A DNA stretch of 64,000 bases from Chrysomallon squamiferum (GCA_012295275.1 CM022669.1:17050001-17114000), one strand, 5' to 3'; numbered from the stretch's first letter, positions 1 to 12,282 are shown. Made by a program: numbers and translations. The notes: generated by a model not told the origin, from the sequence alone.

Positions 1-436
1 AATAACAGAACATTTTACTTTAATCTATTTGACTAAATCATCTTTTAAAAATAAAAAAAAAAAAAAAAAAATTACAACCATTGTACACTTCAACATAGCT
101 TTCATTACAGCAAAAAATTCAATATATATTAAAATAATTTTTAAAAATATTAGTAATTGGAAAAAAGGGTGTATAAGGGTATGGTCCACAATAACTTGTC
201 ACAATACATCCGTAACATATTCAAGTAGCTATCCAACAAACAAAAACATATATCACAGTCTATCCAGTTTTATTGTGTAAAATATAGTCCTTATTCTTAA
301 TATTTTAAGAGAGATTTCAGTTACTAATTGTTATTTATTTTTATTCACCCAGTAAGTTAAACCAGTAAGTTACACATAATTATTAAAAATATTATTATGC
401 CTTATGAGTTACCAAAAGTCACTGCATGTGCTGTCA

Positions 437-526
437 TATATATATACATACATACATACATACATACATACATACATTTATATATATTTATATATATTTA
501 TGTATGTATGTATGTATGTATTTATT

Positions 527-612
<86 letters not shown>

Positions 613-626
613 ATAGATTAGACAGA

Positions 627-672
<46 letters not shown>
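437..672. repeat. Compound microsatellite (TA/TACA/TATG/GA/CA)n
   Basis: Read directly; it is the source of several spurious ORFs. Confidence 0.95.
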
Positions 673-673
<1 letters not shown>

Positions 674-1858
674 TCACTGCCAGTAATAAACAAAATAATC
701 TTTAAGGTAGCAGTGCAGGTAACCTCTATTTAGAAACAGATGTTAAAAGGATAAAGTTACACATAATAGCTACTTGTATCAAAATGTTGTCAAATTAGCA
801 TTTATCCATTGTACATATTGTCACGATTTTATTTATTTATACAACAGCTCAGCTTTCAAACAATAAAATCAGAAACATTATCTTTTAAAAGCTGGAAAAA
901 ACATGTTTCTTCAAATTTCAATACAAAATAAATGACACAAATGAAACATTGCTTTTACTATAACTTTCATGTTAATAAAATTACTACTGTCATTATTGTA
1001 TGACTGATTCTCAATATTAACATATTATTATTTCTGTTATTGGATTATTATTATGATTATTTTTCTCTTATTAATAATAAATGTCTTCTTTTTAGATAGC
1101 AATTATATATTATGCTTCTTTGTAAATATAAAACCACATTTAAGAAACTTTATGGTATAGTACATGAAAACACTGGTTCCCTTTCAATCATGTAATATTT
1201 CTTAATAATTCAAAATTTTAAAAATGTTCTTATTTTTCTTTTAATAGCAGTGCTTCTATTATTTTACTAATAATAAAAATTACTAAAAAAATACAACCAA
1301 ACAAGACAACTGATTTGTTTTTTCATACACATCAAAAAAAAAAATGCATTTGATAAATATTTTATTAAACATACATATCTTTTCAATGTAAGTGTTTTGA
1401 GATAAAGATCTGGATTTCAACAGACAACCTTTTCTTAAAAAAAAAAAAAATCCATAGCAAAACAAAATAAAAAACATTTTAAAAACTTTAACGAAACAGT
1501 AACACAATCATCACATAATAATTAAATGCTTATTATCTGGCATTTGTGTGAATTGAACAAAAAATCACAATTTAAAAATGTAAATTATAAATCACAAATC
1601 TACTTAAACTGAGAAGCGAAAATCAAAACAGAAATTTGAAGATAACCTCTTCCATTATTAACCTACATAATGTTACAAAACAAGCAAAAACAAAAATTTC
1701 TGTCTTTCTGCAAACCACACTAAATTAATTTGCCAGAGGGTAGTACATCACAGAGTTCCTCGAGGAACAACCATATCCCAGAATTCCATTCTGTTGAAGC
1801 AGGAAGTGACATAATCTGCAGGAAGTCTAGTTGTAGTGGAGCAGACTACAGCACATAC

Positions 1859-1958
1859 CTTTTGCTGGTTCCTGATTGGTCGAATTTGAATTTCCCACAT
1901 TTCCTTCTTCCGTTGCTTTAGAATCGTTTTTGTCGAGTTCATTTACGTCTTTGGATAT
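1859..1958 (-). CDS. PDZD2: Probable exon 11 (after PDZ4); the gene either continues beyond the window start or reads through to a stop at 1829-1827
   Basis: aattttag|ISKDVNELDKNDSKATEEGNVGNSNSTNQEPAK G|gtatgt. Only the phase-0 frame is open from the acceptor, matching exon 10. The donor at 1858 is strong; read-through gives GMCCSLLHYN*. Confidence 0.6.
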
Positions 1959-3026
1959 CTAAAATTAATAATAATAATAATATTAATAATAATAATAATA
2001 ATAATAGTAATATTTTAGACAATATAAACAAATAAAATGTAAGCATAATAAAATTTTAGTGTTAAATTACCTGTATTTAATTTTCTCTATTTTTATAATG
2101 GAAAAATGACAAGAAAAACTGAAATAAACAAACTTAAAAATAAGAAATTAATTAAATAATTAATTAGTTAATAATAATAAAAAGGAATAAAAGATACGGA
2201 GAACAAAATAAAATAAAAATAAATACTTTTTAAAAATAAACAGTATGTAACTTGTATAACACAAAAAGAAAAAAAAAAGAAGAAAAAAAGAGTTGTCTTC
2301 CTTGTTATTGTTACCTTACAGGTGTTCACTGAACATCTTTATTACAACATCGATATTTACATGATAATCAGACTTCCATGATAATCCCTACAAGATGTAT
2401 TATTTTCAACAAATGCTTTGTAAACGACAATCTTATATGCGGTCTTAACAATTACCTTTATCGATTACTTTTGTGTATAAATGTGAAGGTGCACAGGTTG
2501 GAATGTGAAATAACAAAAAGGCAAATTATAATTTTTAAATTTCAACACAGTCTTGAATTAAATATTAAAAAAAAAAACATTGATAATATAATTGATTGCT
2601 TACATTAACTTTTTTTCAATGCTTATTTTTCTTCACCATACATATATATATTGAGAAAATTATATGTAAAAGATTACAATAAGGCAGATAAGAATTATAT
2701 TTCAAGCTGACAGAAATAGCACTAACAGTAAGAAGCATTGTTTATGCACCCCTATATATGATCAGAAAAGCAAACATCTATAATATTTATGCAGTAGCAA
2801 GTAAATGAAAAATAAACTTGTTTTTGTTTGTTATTGTATTTGCTTCATTACATAAAATAGATGTACTTTTAAAGATAAGACCCTCTTTGGTATTTCTATA
2901 GCAGAATGTTGTGTGTATTATTTGCAATAGTAATAACAACACCCAGATTTGCACACGTGTAATATTGGTCTATATTTCATGCTTTCCAATCAAACACTCA
3001 GAATGAAATTTTATCTAAATGTTCAG

Positions 3027-3087
<61 letters not shown>

Positions 3088-4165
3088 GACACACACACAC
3101 ACCAAAGCCAAATAATTATATATTGTGCAGATTGTGTTAATTCACTCAGGGGTAACTTTATTAGTAAAACTACACTATAAAATGTTAAAGTTATGCAATA
3201 TGGATTCGTTCAGTACATTTTTTAAATAGATATTGTTATATTTTTTTTTTAATAAAAATTTCAGAAAAGAAAAAGATTAAATTAAAAAAAAAAAATTAAA
3301 TTTAATGTTATACTAACAGTTTGACTACCTAATTAGACGTTTCATTACTGAAATTCATATAAATTAACCATCAATAAAATATATTTTCCTTTTAATTAAT
3401 TTTTTATATTTTTTATTTTATTTATGTGTTATTCTTTTCTTTTTAAAGTTTACCTTTTAAATCAATTTAAAAAAAATTAAAATTATTTTATTATCATTTG
3501 TTTAAATTTTAAAATTTCCACACAACAATATATTTGAGGTGGTACAAACAAAAGGTTTAAATACATTTTGTACATCTACAAGTGTTTGCTTTGCTTGAGG
3601 GTTCTCAATCTTTGCTAATGATAAAGTATGAACCAGCTTGTGAACATCACTCGTTTTCTTACCATCATTGTGTGAATATAAAAACATGCATTGAAAATCA
3701 TTTATAGATTAAAGATATGGAAACTGCAGTAACTCATTTAGTCATGTTTCTTTTCTAAGTATCATACAATGCCCAGAAAAAAAAGGAAAATGGCTGCCCA
3801 ACAGCATCTCCTTTGTAAGCCTTTATTATTAACAAAGTTTCATATAAAGTTAAAAAAAAAACAACAACACACAAACACATATATCAACATACAAAATGTA
3901 TTTACTGTATATATTATTTGTCTGTACCACCATATATATATCCTTCAGGCGAATTATTTGAAGACAGAGCCAGGGTTAAAAAAGTGTAGTTCAAGCCAGA
4001 TAATGGCACGAATAAATATTTATCAAGTCACATGCTAAACTACTGAAACACACCCAAACACACACTGGTGTACTTTATACCTCCTGGTTTGCTGGTCTAT
4101 ACAAAAGCCTGGCGCTGCAATAAAGAGTTTCATGCAGAATTTTAACATGGTAAACTTTAAAGACA

Positions 4166-4500
4166 AATCGCTCAGTGATTTCTCTGATGAGAAATTCAGA
4201 TCCAAGTAAATTACAGTTGCAGTTATTTTGACGAAAATGAAGAGATATCATCATGCGGGACTGTAACTTGGTAAATGTTAAAGAGAATCACTCAGTGATT
4301 TCTCTGATGAGAAATTCAGATCCAAGTAAATTACAGTTGCAGTTATTTTGACGAAAATGAAGAGATATATCATCATGCGGGACTGTAACTTGGTAAATGT
4401 TAAAGAGAAAAATGAAAAGAAATATATCAAAATGAAGAGATATATCATCATGCAGGACTGTAACTTGGTAAATGTTAAAGAGAATCACTCAGCGACTTCC
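4166..4500. repeat. ~120-bp tandem repeat (about 2.5 near-identical copies; degenerate copies continue to about 4950)
   Basis: ctcagtgatttctctgatgagaaattcagatccaagtaaattacagttgcag... occurs at about 4171 and about 4292, with a partial third copy. Confidence 0.9.
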
Positions 4501-5443
4501 TGGTGACTAATCCACATTTGAAGTAGTTTTATATGTGGAATTATTTTAATGAAAATATAAACGTACCATGCAAAATTTTTATTATACTATATTATTAAAA
4601 AGAATAACTCATTGATTGCTTGACAATAAATTCATTATCCATGGATTGTATTTGTAATAATTCAAAAAAAATATCAAGAGATTATGCAGAATTGTTACAT
4701 GGTAAATACTAAAGAACTAAAGAACATCAGACTGTCTGATGAAAATAAATTCTGTGTCCAAATTTTTTATTTTGCTAATAATAGTAATCAAATTTGAAGA
4801 TGTTATGCTGAATTTTAAAGTGATAAACATTAAAGAAGATCACTCAGCAATGTTCTAGTTTTTGTTTGTAATTATGAAAAGCTATCAGTCTTAACCAAGA
4901 AATAATAAAGAGAATCACTCAGTAATTTTCCTGATGACTAATTCATGATTCACTTATAATTACACTTTTAAGAATAAGCTAGTATTTTTATTTCATATTA
5001 TTCATTTTTGATTCCCATAAAAAAGATATTATTCTTAATTTTATTTTAATTTTCCTAATTATTTTTTATTTTGTAAGACCAGTATCAAGTATTAAAGAAT
5101 CAAAAAAATAAATATATGCTATGTTTATATTGTTCCATGAAGCATTCTTTTATAATATTATATTCTACAACATGCTCTAAACCTGTTATGTTTTATCTAC
5201 ATATATATATAAATACATATACAATACTGAACATATGACATGATGCAACAATAACTTTTTTTATATATCACTGTTTTCATACCAATAACACTTTTTATTA
5301 CCAAATATCATCTTAAAACAAAAAAAACAAACAAAATCAGTTAAATAGATAAAATGAGATGATTAACAAAACAACACTGTTGACTGATTACTACGATCAC
5401 TGATAAATTCACAGGTGTGAACAGGCAATTAATTTCAGTTTAC

Positions 5444-5582
5444 CTGTAATTGGTCTGGATCTTCTCTCTGGGCCAGTATGATGACCGGTCCAGGTGTGAG
5501 GTTTCTGAACAGCTGATAGGCATCAAGTAGTGTCAACTCATGCATGGGTTTTCCATTTACACGCACCAGCAAATCTCCCTTC
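5444..5582 (-). CDS. PDZD2: PDZD2-like exon 10 (end of PDZ4)
   Basis: ttgtttgcag|G gives (R)KGDLLVRVNGKPMHELTLLDAYQLFRNLTPGPVIILAQREDPDQLQ|gtaaac. It is 139 nt, phase 2 in and phase 0 out. Confidence 0.9.
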
Positions 5583-6085
5583 CTGCAAACAATTACACAG
5601 TCAGAGAGTAAAATATAACAATTAATACTGTATAGAGTAGAATTAATATAGTTTTAGTATAGCAGAGTATAGTGTAGTATAGTATTACTATAGCAGTGTG
5701 TAGTGTAGTATAGTATTAGTATAGTAGACTATAGTATAGTATAGTATTAGTATATCAAAGTATAGTGTAGTATACTATTAGTATAGTACAGGATAGTGTA
5801 ATATAATATTAATATAGTATTTGTATGGTACAGTATGTAGTGTACTGAAGTGCAGTGTAGTATAAGATAGTATAGTACAGTAGAGTTTATCATAATGCAA
5901 CAAAGAATTAATCTGTTTAACCTTTTTGGTGTTGCAGGCAAGAAATCTTGACGTGACATACTACACCATTTTTTACAAAATATGTTTTATATACAGTAGA
6001 CGTGAACAAAAAAGTAATTTTCCTGAAAATACCTGGTTTGGGGAAGGAAGGGCATGTTGTGACAAAAGGGTTAACGGGATCTCAC

Positions 6086-6200
6086 CTGAGCTGTCCCTCC
6101 CTAAAAGCAGGGGAGTTGTCAGTGATGTCCTGTACGTAAATATTGCTCACTCCTCCATACGTCTTCCTCACCACATTGATCCCTATAGACACATCTTGTT
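6086..6200 (-). CDS. PDZD2: PDZD2-like exon 9 (PDZ4, middle)
   Basis: ttctgctgcag|AA gives (E)QDVSIGINVVRKTYGGVSNIYVQDITDNSPAFREGQL, ending AG|gtgaga. It is 115 nt, phase 1 in and phase 2 out. Confidence 0.88.
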
Positions 6201-6599
6201 CTGCAGCAGAAATAAGCAAATAAAGCACAGTTCAAATTATTGTAAAAAAAAAAAAAAAAAAAAAAATGAAGAAGAATTAAACTTTGAATTTTGTATTTAT
6301 TATTTGTGTTTTCTAAACATATTTAACAAAAAAAAATCAAGAAACGTAATTCATGACTAGTTAAATATTCCAGAGTTGTCTCCCTTATAATGTTGACAAT
6401 TATCTGTACTGTTAACTTTTTTTTTTTTCTTTTCTTCTGTTGAAATGATCAATATTTATATTTTAGCATTTTAAAAATTTACCTTTGACAATTTGCTGAA
6501 CTATTAGAAACTATTAGTGGAGTGTTGTTGTTATTGCTGCTGTTGTTATTATTGTTATTACTATTACTGTTGTACTATTATTTTTATTTGTATTAATAC

Positions 6600-7975
6600 C
6601 TTTATAAAGATGAACTTCCAACAACTTATTCTTGCACATCTCATTTTCTTTCGGCCTCTGCGAATTCATCGTCTGTACTGAACTGACCGACGTTGTAGTG
6701 GTAGTAGTTCTCCTATTGTTGTCCTGTCGCTCTACGGAGCTTACCGAAGACGCCAACGAGGACACTGATGATGCCACACGAGTTTCGTTGTACTCAATGT
6801 TCTGAGAGTACTGCTGTCTTTGAGAAAACTCCTGCTTCTCTACCACTGACAGGAATTTCATGTCCTGGCTGTAGCTGCTACTGCTGGAGATGATGCTTCG
6901 TTGGTCTGGTGGTCGAAAACTCGAAAACGATCCGTATGAAGAACTCGAGCTGATGTTCACCGTCCTGTTGCCGTAGAAACCTTCTGGCAACTCCGAAGTT
7001 TGATTGTGTGCGTGGCGGGGGGGTTGGTGGGATGTGAACGAGGTGCAGGAGCCATTTTGAAAATTTTTGTTTCTGCCACAGGGTTTGGGTGAAAATGAGT
7101 CACATGAACTGATGTCATAGTTCTGACCAACTGACTGGCCATTTCCATAGTTCTGATTGGCTGACCGACCATTTCCATAGTTCTGATTGGCTGATTGTCC
7201 ATTTCCATAGTTCTGATTGGCTGACCGGCCATTACCATAGTTCTGATTGACTGACAGTCCATTTTCATAGTTCTGATTGGCTGACAGTCCATTTCCATAG
7301 TTCTGATTGGCTGACCGGCCATTTCCATAGTTCTGATTGGCTGACTGTCCATTTCCATAGTTCTGATTGGCTGACCGGCCATTTTCATAGCTCTGATTAG
7401 CTGATCGGCCATTTTCATAGCTCTGATTAGCTGATCGGCCATTTTCATAGTTCTGACTGGCCAACCGACCATTATCATAGTTCTGAAAGGTTGTGTTCCC
7501 ACTTTCATAATTCTGACTGTGTGTGGGCACATTTTCATAGTTATGACCAGCTGTTCTCTCCCTTTCAACATTCCGATTTGCCGATGCAACACTTTCATAC
7601 TTCCGATTGGTCAACGTCCAGTTATCGTGACTCTTGTTCAATACCACCGGCCTGATGTTTTCATAATTGTGATTGGTCATTTGTCCTCCATCTTCCTGGT
7701 TTTGATTGGTCGATCGGCTCCTTAGCGACAACATACTTGTTCCCATTTTCGGAGACTCAGTCTTTTGTTCTCCGTGAGTGTATTTGGACTTGAAAGGCAC
7801 ATTTGGTACTAAAGAGTTCTCCTGGAAAGACAACTGGTAACTGTTGGGCGCGAGTCCAAACGTCTGTCCGTCTGAAATACTGTTGGAGGGAGTGTGTCGT
7901 GGGGAGTGGCTTGGGGTGGAGACTGGACTTCCGTCTAGAGACTCGCAGGGGGAGTGGGAGGGAGAGCGACGTGGA
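6600..7975 (-). CDS. PDZD2: PDZD2-like exon 8 (large Ser/Asn/Tyr-rich disordered exon with a 10-aa repeat; start of PDZ4)
   Basis: Poly-T tract then ttactaaag|T CCA CGT (AG+T gives Ser). The 1376-nt frame is stop-free, includes the 439-aa track ORF, and ends LLEVHLYK G|gtatta (phase 1). Confidence 0.88.
7111..7545 (-). repeat. Coding 30-bp tandem repeat, 14 units, encoding Y(G/E/D)NG(R/Q/L)SANQ(N/S)
   Basis: Plus-strand unit atttccatagttctgattggctgaccggcc. Tyr codons recur every 30 nt from 7539 to 7119 (420 nt = 14 periods). Confidence 0.97.
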
Positions 7976-8510
7976 CTTTAGTAAGAGAAAAAAAAAAAAA
8001 AAATTATTGTAAGTATGTTAAAATAATGTGGCATTGTTATTAATGATTGTAATCAGAAAGAAATAAAACAAAAAAAAAAAAAAGTATTTGAAAGGAAGGA
8101 TGAAAAAAAAATATTAAGCAGTGAAAATTATTGAAAGAATAGAATAAAAATTAAAAAATAAATAAATAAAAAAGATGAAAGGAAAGATGAATGAATGAAA
8201 GAAATAACTTTTTAAAAACAGATTTTAAAAAAAGATGAAAGGAATCAAAATAAACCTTAAAAAAACAAAAATTTAATGAAAAGAAAACACAAAATAATGA
8301 CTAATTAAAGAAAAGAAAAGAAAAAAAAATCATAAAAACAATAAGAAAAATCAACAGAAAGTCATAAAAAGAAGTACGAACATTTACACACCTGAAACGT
8401 CACACACAAAAAAACAAAGGTAAACAAAGATGAAAAGAGTCAGTATGTAATTAATGAGTAACAAAAGCCAGTAGAGCAATGTTGATGATGATGTGAGGTG
8501 ACTGATGTAC

Positions 8511-8646
8511 CTGGCTGTTGGCGATGCTGAACGATTTCGGAAAGTTATTCTGACGAGTCCTTTCTTCAGAGAGCGGAATTTCATCAGCACTTCCTTGTGA
8601 GTTAGACCTCTCAGAGGCTCTCCATTCAGTGCTATTATTTCATCTC
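8511..8646 (-). CDS. PDZD2: PDZD2-like exon 7 (second half of PDZ3)
   Basis: tgtttattcag|GA then DEIIALNGEPLRGLTHKEVLMKFRSLKKGLVRITFRNRSASPTA, ending AG|gtacat. It is 136 nt, phase 1 in and phase 2 out. Confidence 0.9.
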
Positions 8647-8656
8647 CTGAATAAAC

Positions 8657-8688
<32 letters not shown>

Positions 8689-9457
8689 TAAAAAATAACT
8701 AAACAAATAAATAAATAAATATACAAACAGATAGATAGATAGATAGACAGATAGACAGATAGATAGATAAAAAAATAACTAAACAAATCAATAGATAAAT
8801 AAATAATAAATGAATAAACAAATAAATAAATAAATAAATAAGCAAACAAAAAAATAAATAAAGAGATAGATAGACAGAGAGATAGATAATATAATAAATA
8901 AATGAATAAATAAATATACAAACAAACAACTAAATAAGCAAACAAACATTTGCCAAAAAAAAAAAAAAAAAAAAAAAAATAACACAAATTAAAAAACAAA
9001 CAAAGATGATAGAAAGAAATTGATATAGATGAATGAATGAATGAAATGGATGGATACATGGAAACAAAGTGAAAAAATTAGATGTCATTCTTACTTCAGA
9101 TGAACACATTATTTAAAAAACATTTTTTTATCATTTTAATATTTCATGTTTGAAAACGTAATTTTTTTTTAATTAAAATAGATCTCTTTGTGGATCTTTT
9201 AACATATATTATGTATGATTAGTGATAACTTAATATGTGGATAATTGGGTGAATGAAAGGAGAATGACAGACAGATGGAAAATGGCTAAACTGAAAGAAT
9301 TAAATGTGTATTTCTGGTATAATACATATTTTGACATACAAATAAAATAAATGGAGTGGAATATAAGAAAGATTTAGAGGATGGACAGATGGATGGATGT
9401 TTCATCAGAGGTATAATATATATATTACTAAAGCAACAATGACAAACACAACTCTAC

Positions 9458-9664
9458 CTCCTTGAATCCTCCGTCTTCAGCAACAAGACCGTTTGAGAAA
9501 ATCCTCCTCACTATGATTCCCATGTTTCCTCTGGGTGTGTCACTTCCACCCACAATGCTGAAGCCCAGCCCCTTCCCCTTTGCTCCCTTGTGAACTGTGA
9601 TTGTTTGTTCGTCACTACCACCGAGAGGGGTTAGCGGATTTGCGACTGGGACTCGGCTAAATTT
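9458..9664 (-). CDS. PDZD2: PDZD2-like exon 6 (first half of PDZ3)
   Basis: ttttctgtctcag|KFSRVP...[48 protein letters not shown]|gtagag, with a canonical GLGF motif. As written it ends in phase 0, whereas exon 7 needs phase 1 (see findings). Confidence 0.9.
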
Positions 9665-9851
9665 CTGAGACAGAAAAATAAAAATAATAATACATATATA
9701 ATGTGTTAGTGTTTGAGTGTGTGTGTGTGTGGGTGTGTGTGTCTTAGAACTGAGAAAGATATAAGAGATATTAAAAAGAATTATTTAAAACATTTTATTA
9801 TTATAGAGAGGTAAAATTTATTTATTATTCTTTGGAAGTTTGGCTCATATC

Positions 9852-9888
<37 letters not shown>

Positions 9889-10309
9889 AATGAATGAATG
9901 AATGCATGCTTATAGGCATGTGTGTATACATGCATGGATGTATGAGTAACAGTATGAAACCCACATAATATTCATTATCTTCATTAATCTAATATATGAC
10001 TCATACATATAAACTGTCGTAAAACATATCATCACAGAACATGAACAAATCTCTGTTAATTTAAACTACACCTAAGTAACATTACACAAGTAACTCCATG
10101 TCATCTCTCAAACCAACCTTAACCTGGATCCCAGAACAAATAACAGACACATAAAGAAAAATGAATAAATGCATATCTAACAACACTTGAATGCATAATG
10201 TTACGTACAGAAGCAGCTGTAACATTGTTTACAATAATTAGGATATTCCATGTAACATTATACTGGTTCTGTGTCATATTGCACAATCTTTGTTATACTG
10301 AACACAGAC

Positions 10310-10637
10310 TACAACCTTTTTACTTAAACCTTCTTAACTAGTATGTACAATATTACATAAACATCTACAAGAACTTGGTCGCTGACAATTATATTGACTG
10401 CTAACCTCAAACATGCAAACAGAAGATAACCTTTTTATGTAATCTTTGCAACTAGAATCTACAACATTATATAAACTTTTACAAGGTGTTGGTCATTGAC
10501 AATTATATTGACTGCTAACCTCAAACATGCAAACGGATAATAACCTTCTTATGTAATCTTTACAAATAGGAATCTACAGCATTACATAAACTTTTACAAG
10601 GTCACTGACAGTTATACTGACTGCTAACCTCAAACAT
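10310..10637. repeat. ~110-bp tandem repeat (about 3 copies) overlapping the exon 5 donor site
   Basis: tgactgctaacctcaaacat recurs at about 10396, 10510 and 10618, with matching flanks. Confidence 0.88.
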
Positions 10638-10829
10638 CTCTTCCCAGTTGATCACCGTTCCTGACGGAGTCTGGGCCATCACTTCTGGCACCACTGGAAA
10701 CGGCGCGTTGCCATGGTTACCAACACCACCACCACCACCAGAATTCGAATACGGCTGTGGTGACATCATCCTAGGTACGTTTTTCAACGGCTCAGTTTGT
10801 GGAGACGCTAAGGAGGCCGATTTTCTCAC
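10629..10829 (-). CDS. PDZD2: PDZD2-like exon 5 (PDZ2-PDZ3 linker)
   Basis: ttttgtcacag|VRKSASLASPQTEP...INWEEMFE|gttagc. It is a 201-nt symmetric phase-0 exon and a GC-rich island in an AT-rich intron. Confidence 0.82.
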
Positions 10830-11798
10830 CTGTGACAAAAACGAATTCAGTATTTGAAAAAGAACTTTTATTTAACACTGAAATCTAAAACGATATTTAT
10901 ATCATCTTGGTGTTTTATTTAGTCATTAAAATATTTTGGTGCCGTGATCTGTTAGTATTGCATTACAGATTTGTCACAAAGAACAATAGCAGTATTAAAT
11001 GTTTTGTAAATACAGGTGTACTCTGATCTGCATTGAGAACAATATGATAAAGGTGAATGTGTTAATTTACAGAATGTGTCCATCTTGTCATCACCTGATA
11101 ATTAAAGATAAATTAACTTTGATTAAATATTATCATCATTATACCAGCCTAATTACCTGTCTTAAAAACAAAACAATTAGTATATCAAATTTTGCAGTGC
11201 CAACAAAATTAACTGATATAAATGTAAGCATTGAAATAAGCAAATATGTTAATAAATAAATAAATATGTAAATAAATAAATAAGTAAATAAATAAACAAA
11301 AATAAGTAAATAAATAAATAAACAAGTAAATAAGTAAATATATAAGTAAATATATAAATAAATGAATAAATACATTTTAAAAACATTCTTAAGACGTTAG
11401 TCATACTTATAAAAACATACGTAGTGTCTTATATATATATATAAAAAAAAAAAATGTTAACAGCATTTCACAGCATTATAAGGAGGGGTTCTGAAAACAA
11501 ACACACATATGGCTTCCAAGTTAAAAATAAACAAAGAAATAAAACAAAGAAAAATAAACAGGAAACTCCTGTGCCTGCCGAGAAGAGAAAATTTATATGG
11601 GTGTCTGAAGTTCGGAACGAGCAAAAACTACCTTTCACTACTCGCAGTTAATTGGGCAATCAGCCAGAAATAAAATTAATGAAACCTCTGAAGGAAAATG
11701 AACTACAGCATCTGAACTGAGTAGCTGTTAGTGCTGGCAGCAAATCAAACAAAATTCACCAGAAGAAAGAAAATGAGAAAGTAAATAATACATTTAAA

Positions 11799-11842
<44 letters not shown>

Positions 11843-12239
11843 CCTTTCACCACGTGCAAGTGATAAAGTTTAATTTTTTTATATTTTTGTTTTTTAATTT
11901 TTATTTAAAGTCCAACTGCCAACAATAATAATGACTGTAAGTTAACACAGCAGCCTGTAATTTAAAAAATTAAATGTGACTGGTTCAGAATTTTAATTAA
12001 CACAGTTATAATTTATTTAAGGTTGATGAGTTTAAAAAAAAAAATAATAATAAATAACAGTAATAATAAGGTAATAAATAACAGTAATGCTGATGAAAAT
12101 AAATGTTAAATCCAAAGTCCTGGATTCTCTTAACGAAGAGAAAAGATCTCTACTTCCTTCCTTCCTCTCTCACTATCTATATCTACTTATCTATTTATCT
12201 GTCAAGTTATTTATCTACCTATCTATTCACACACACAAA

Positions 12240-12244
12240 GAGAT

Positions 12245-12282
<38 letters not shown>

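Noticed and set aside
1748-1942. 64-aa ORF MNSTKTILKQ... as the coding frame of exon 11
   Set aside because: That frame has a TAA between the acceptor and its ATG. Only the phase-0 frame links to exon 10.
3502-3687. 61-aa protein-like ORF (MFLYSHNDGKK...) in intron 10
   Set aside because: There are no convincing flanking splice sites or recognisable domain, so I cannot support it as an exon.
6957-7598. 213-aa overlapping minus-strand ORF (MKVLHRQ...PIRTMEM repeats)
   Set aside because: It is an alternative frame of the 30-bp repeat, which stays open because the unit lacks a stop. Splice phases support the YxN frame.
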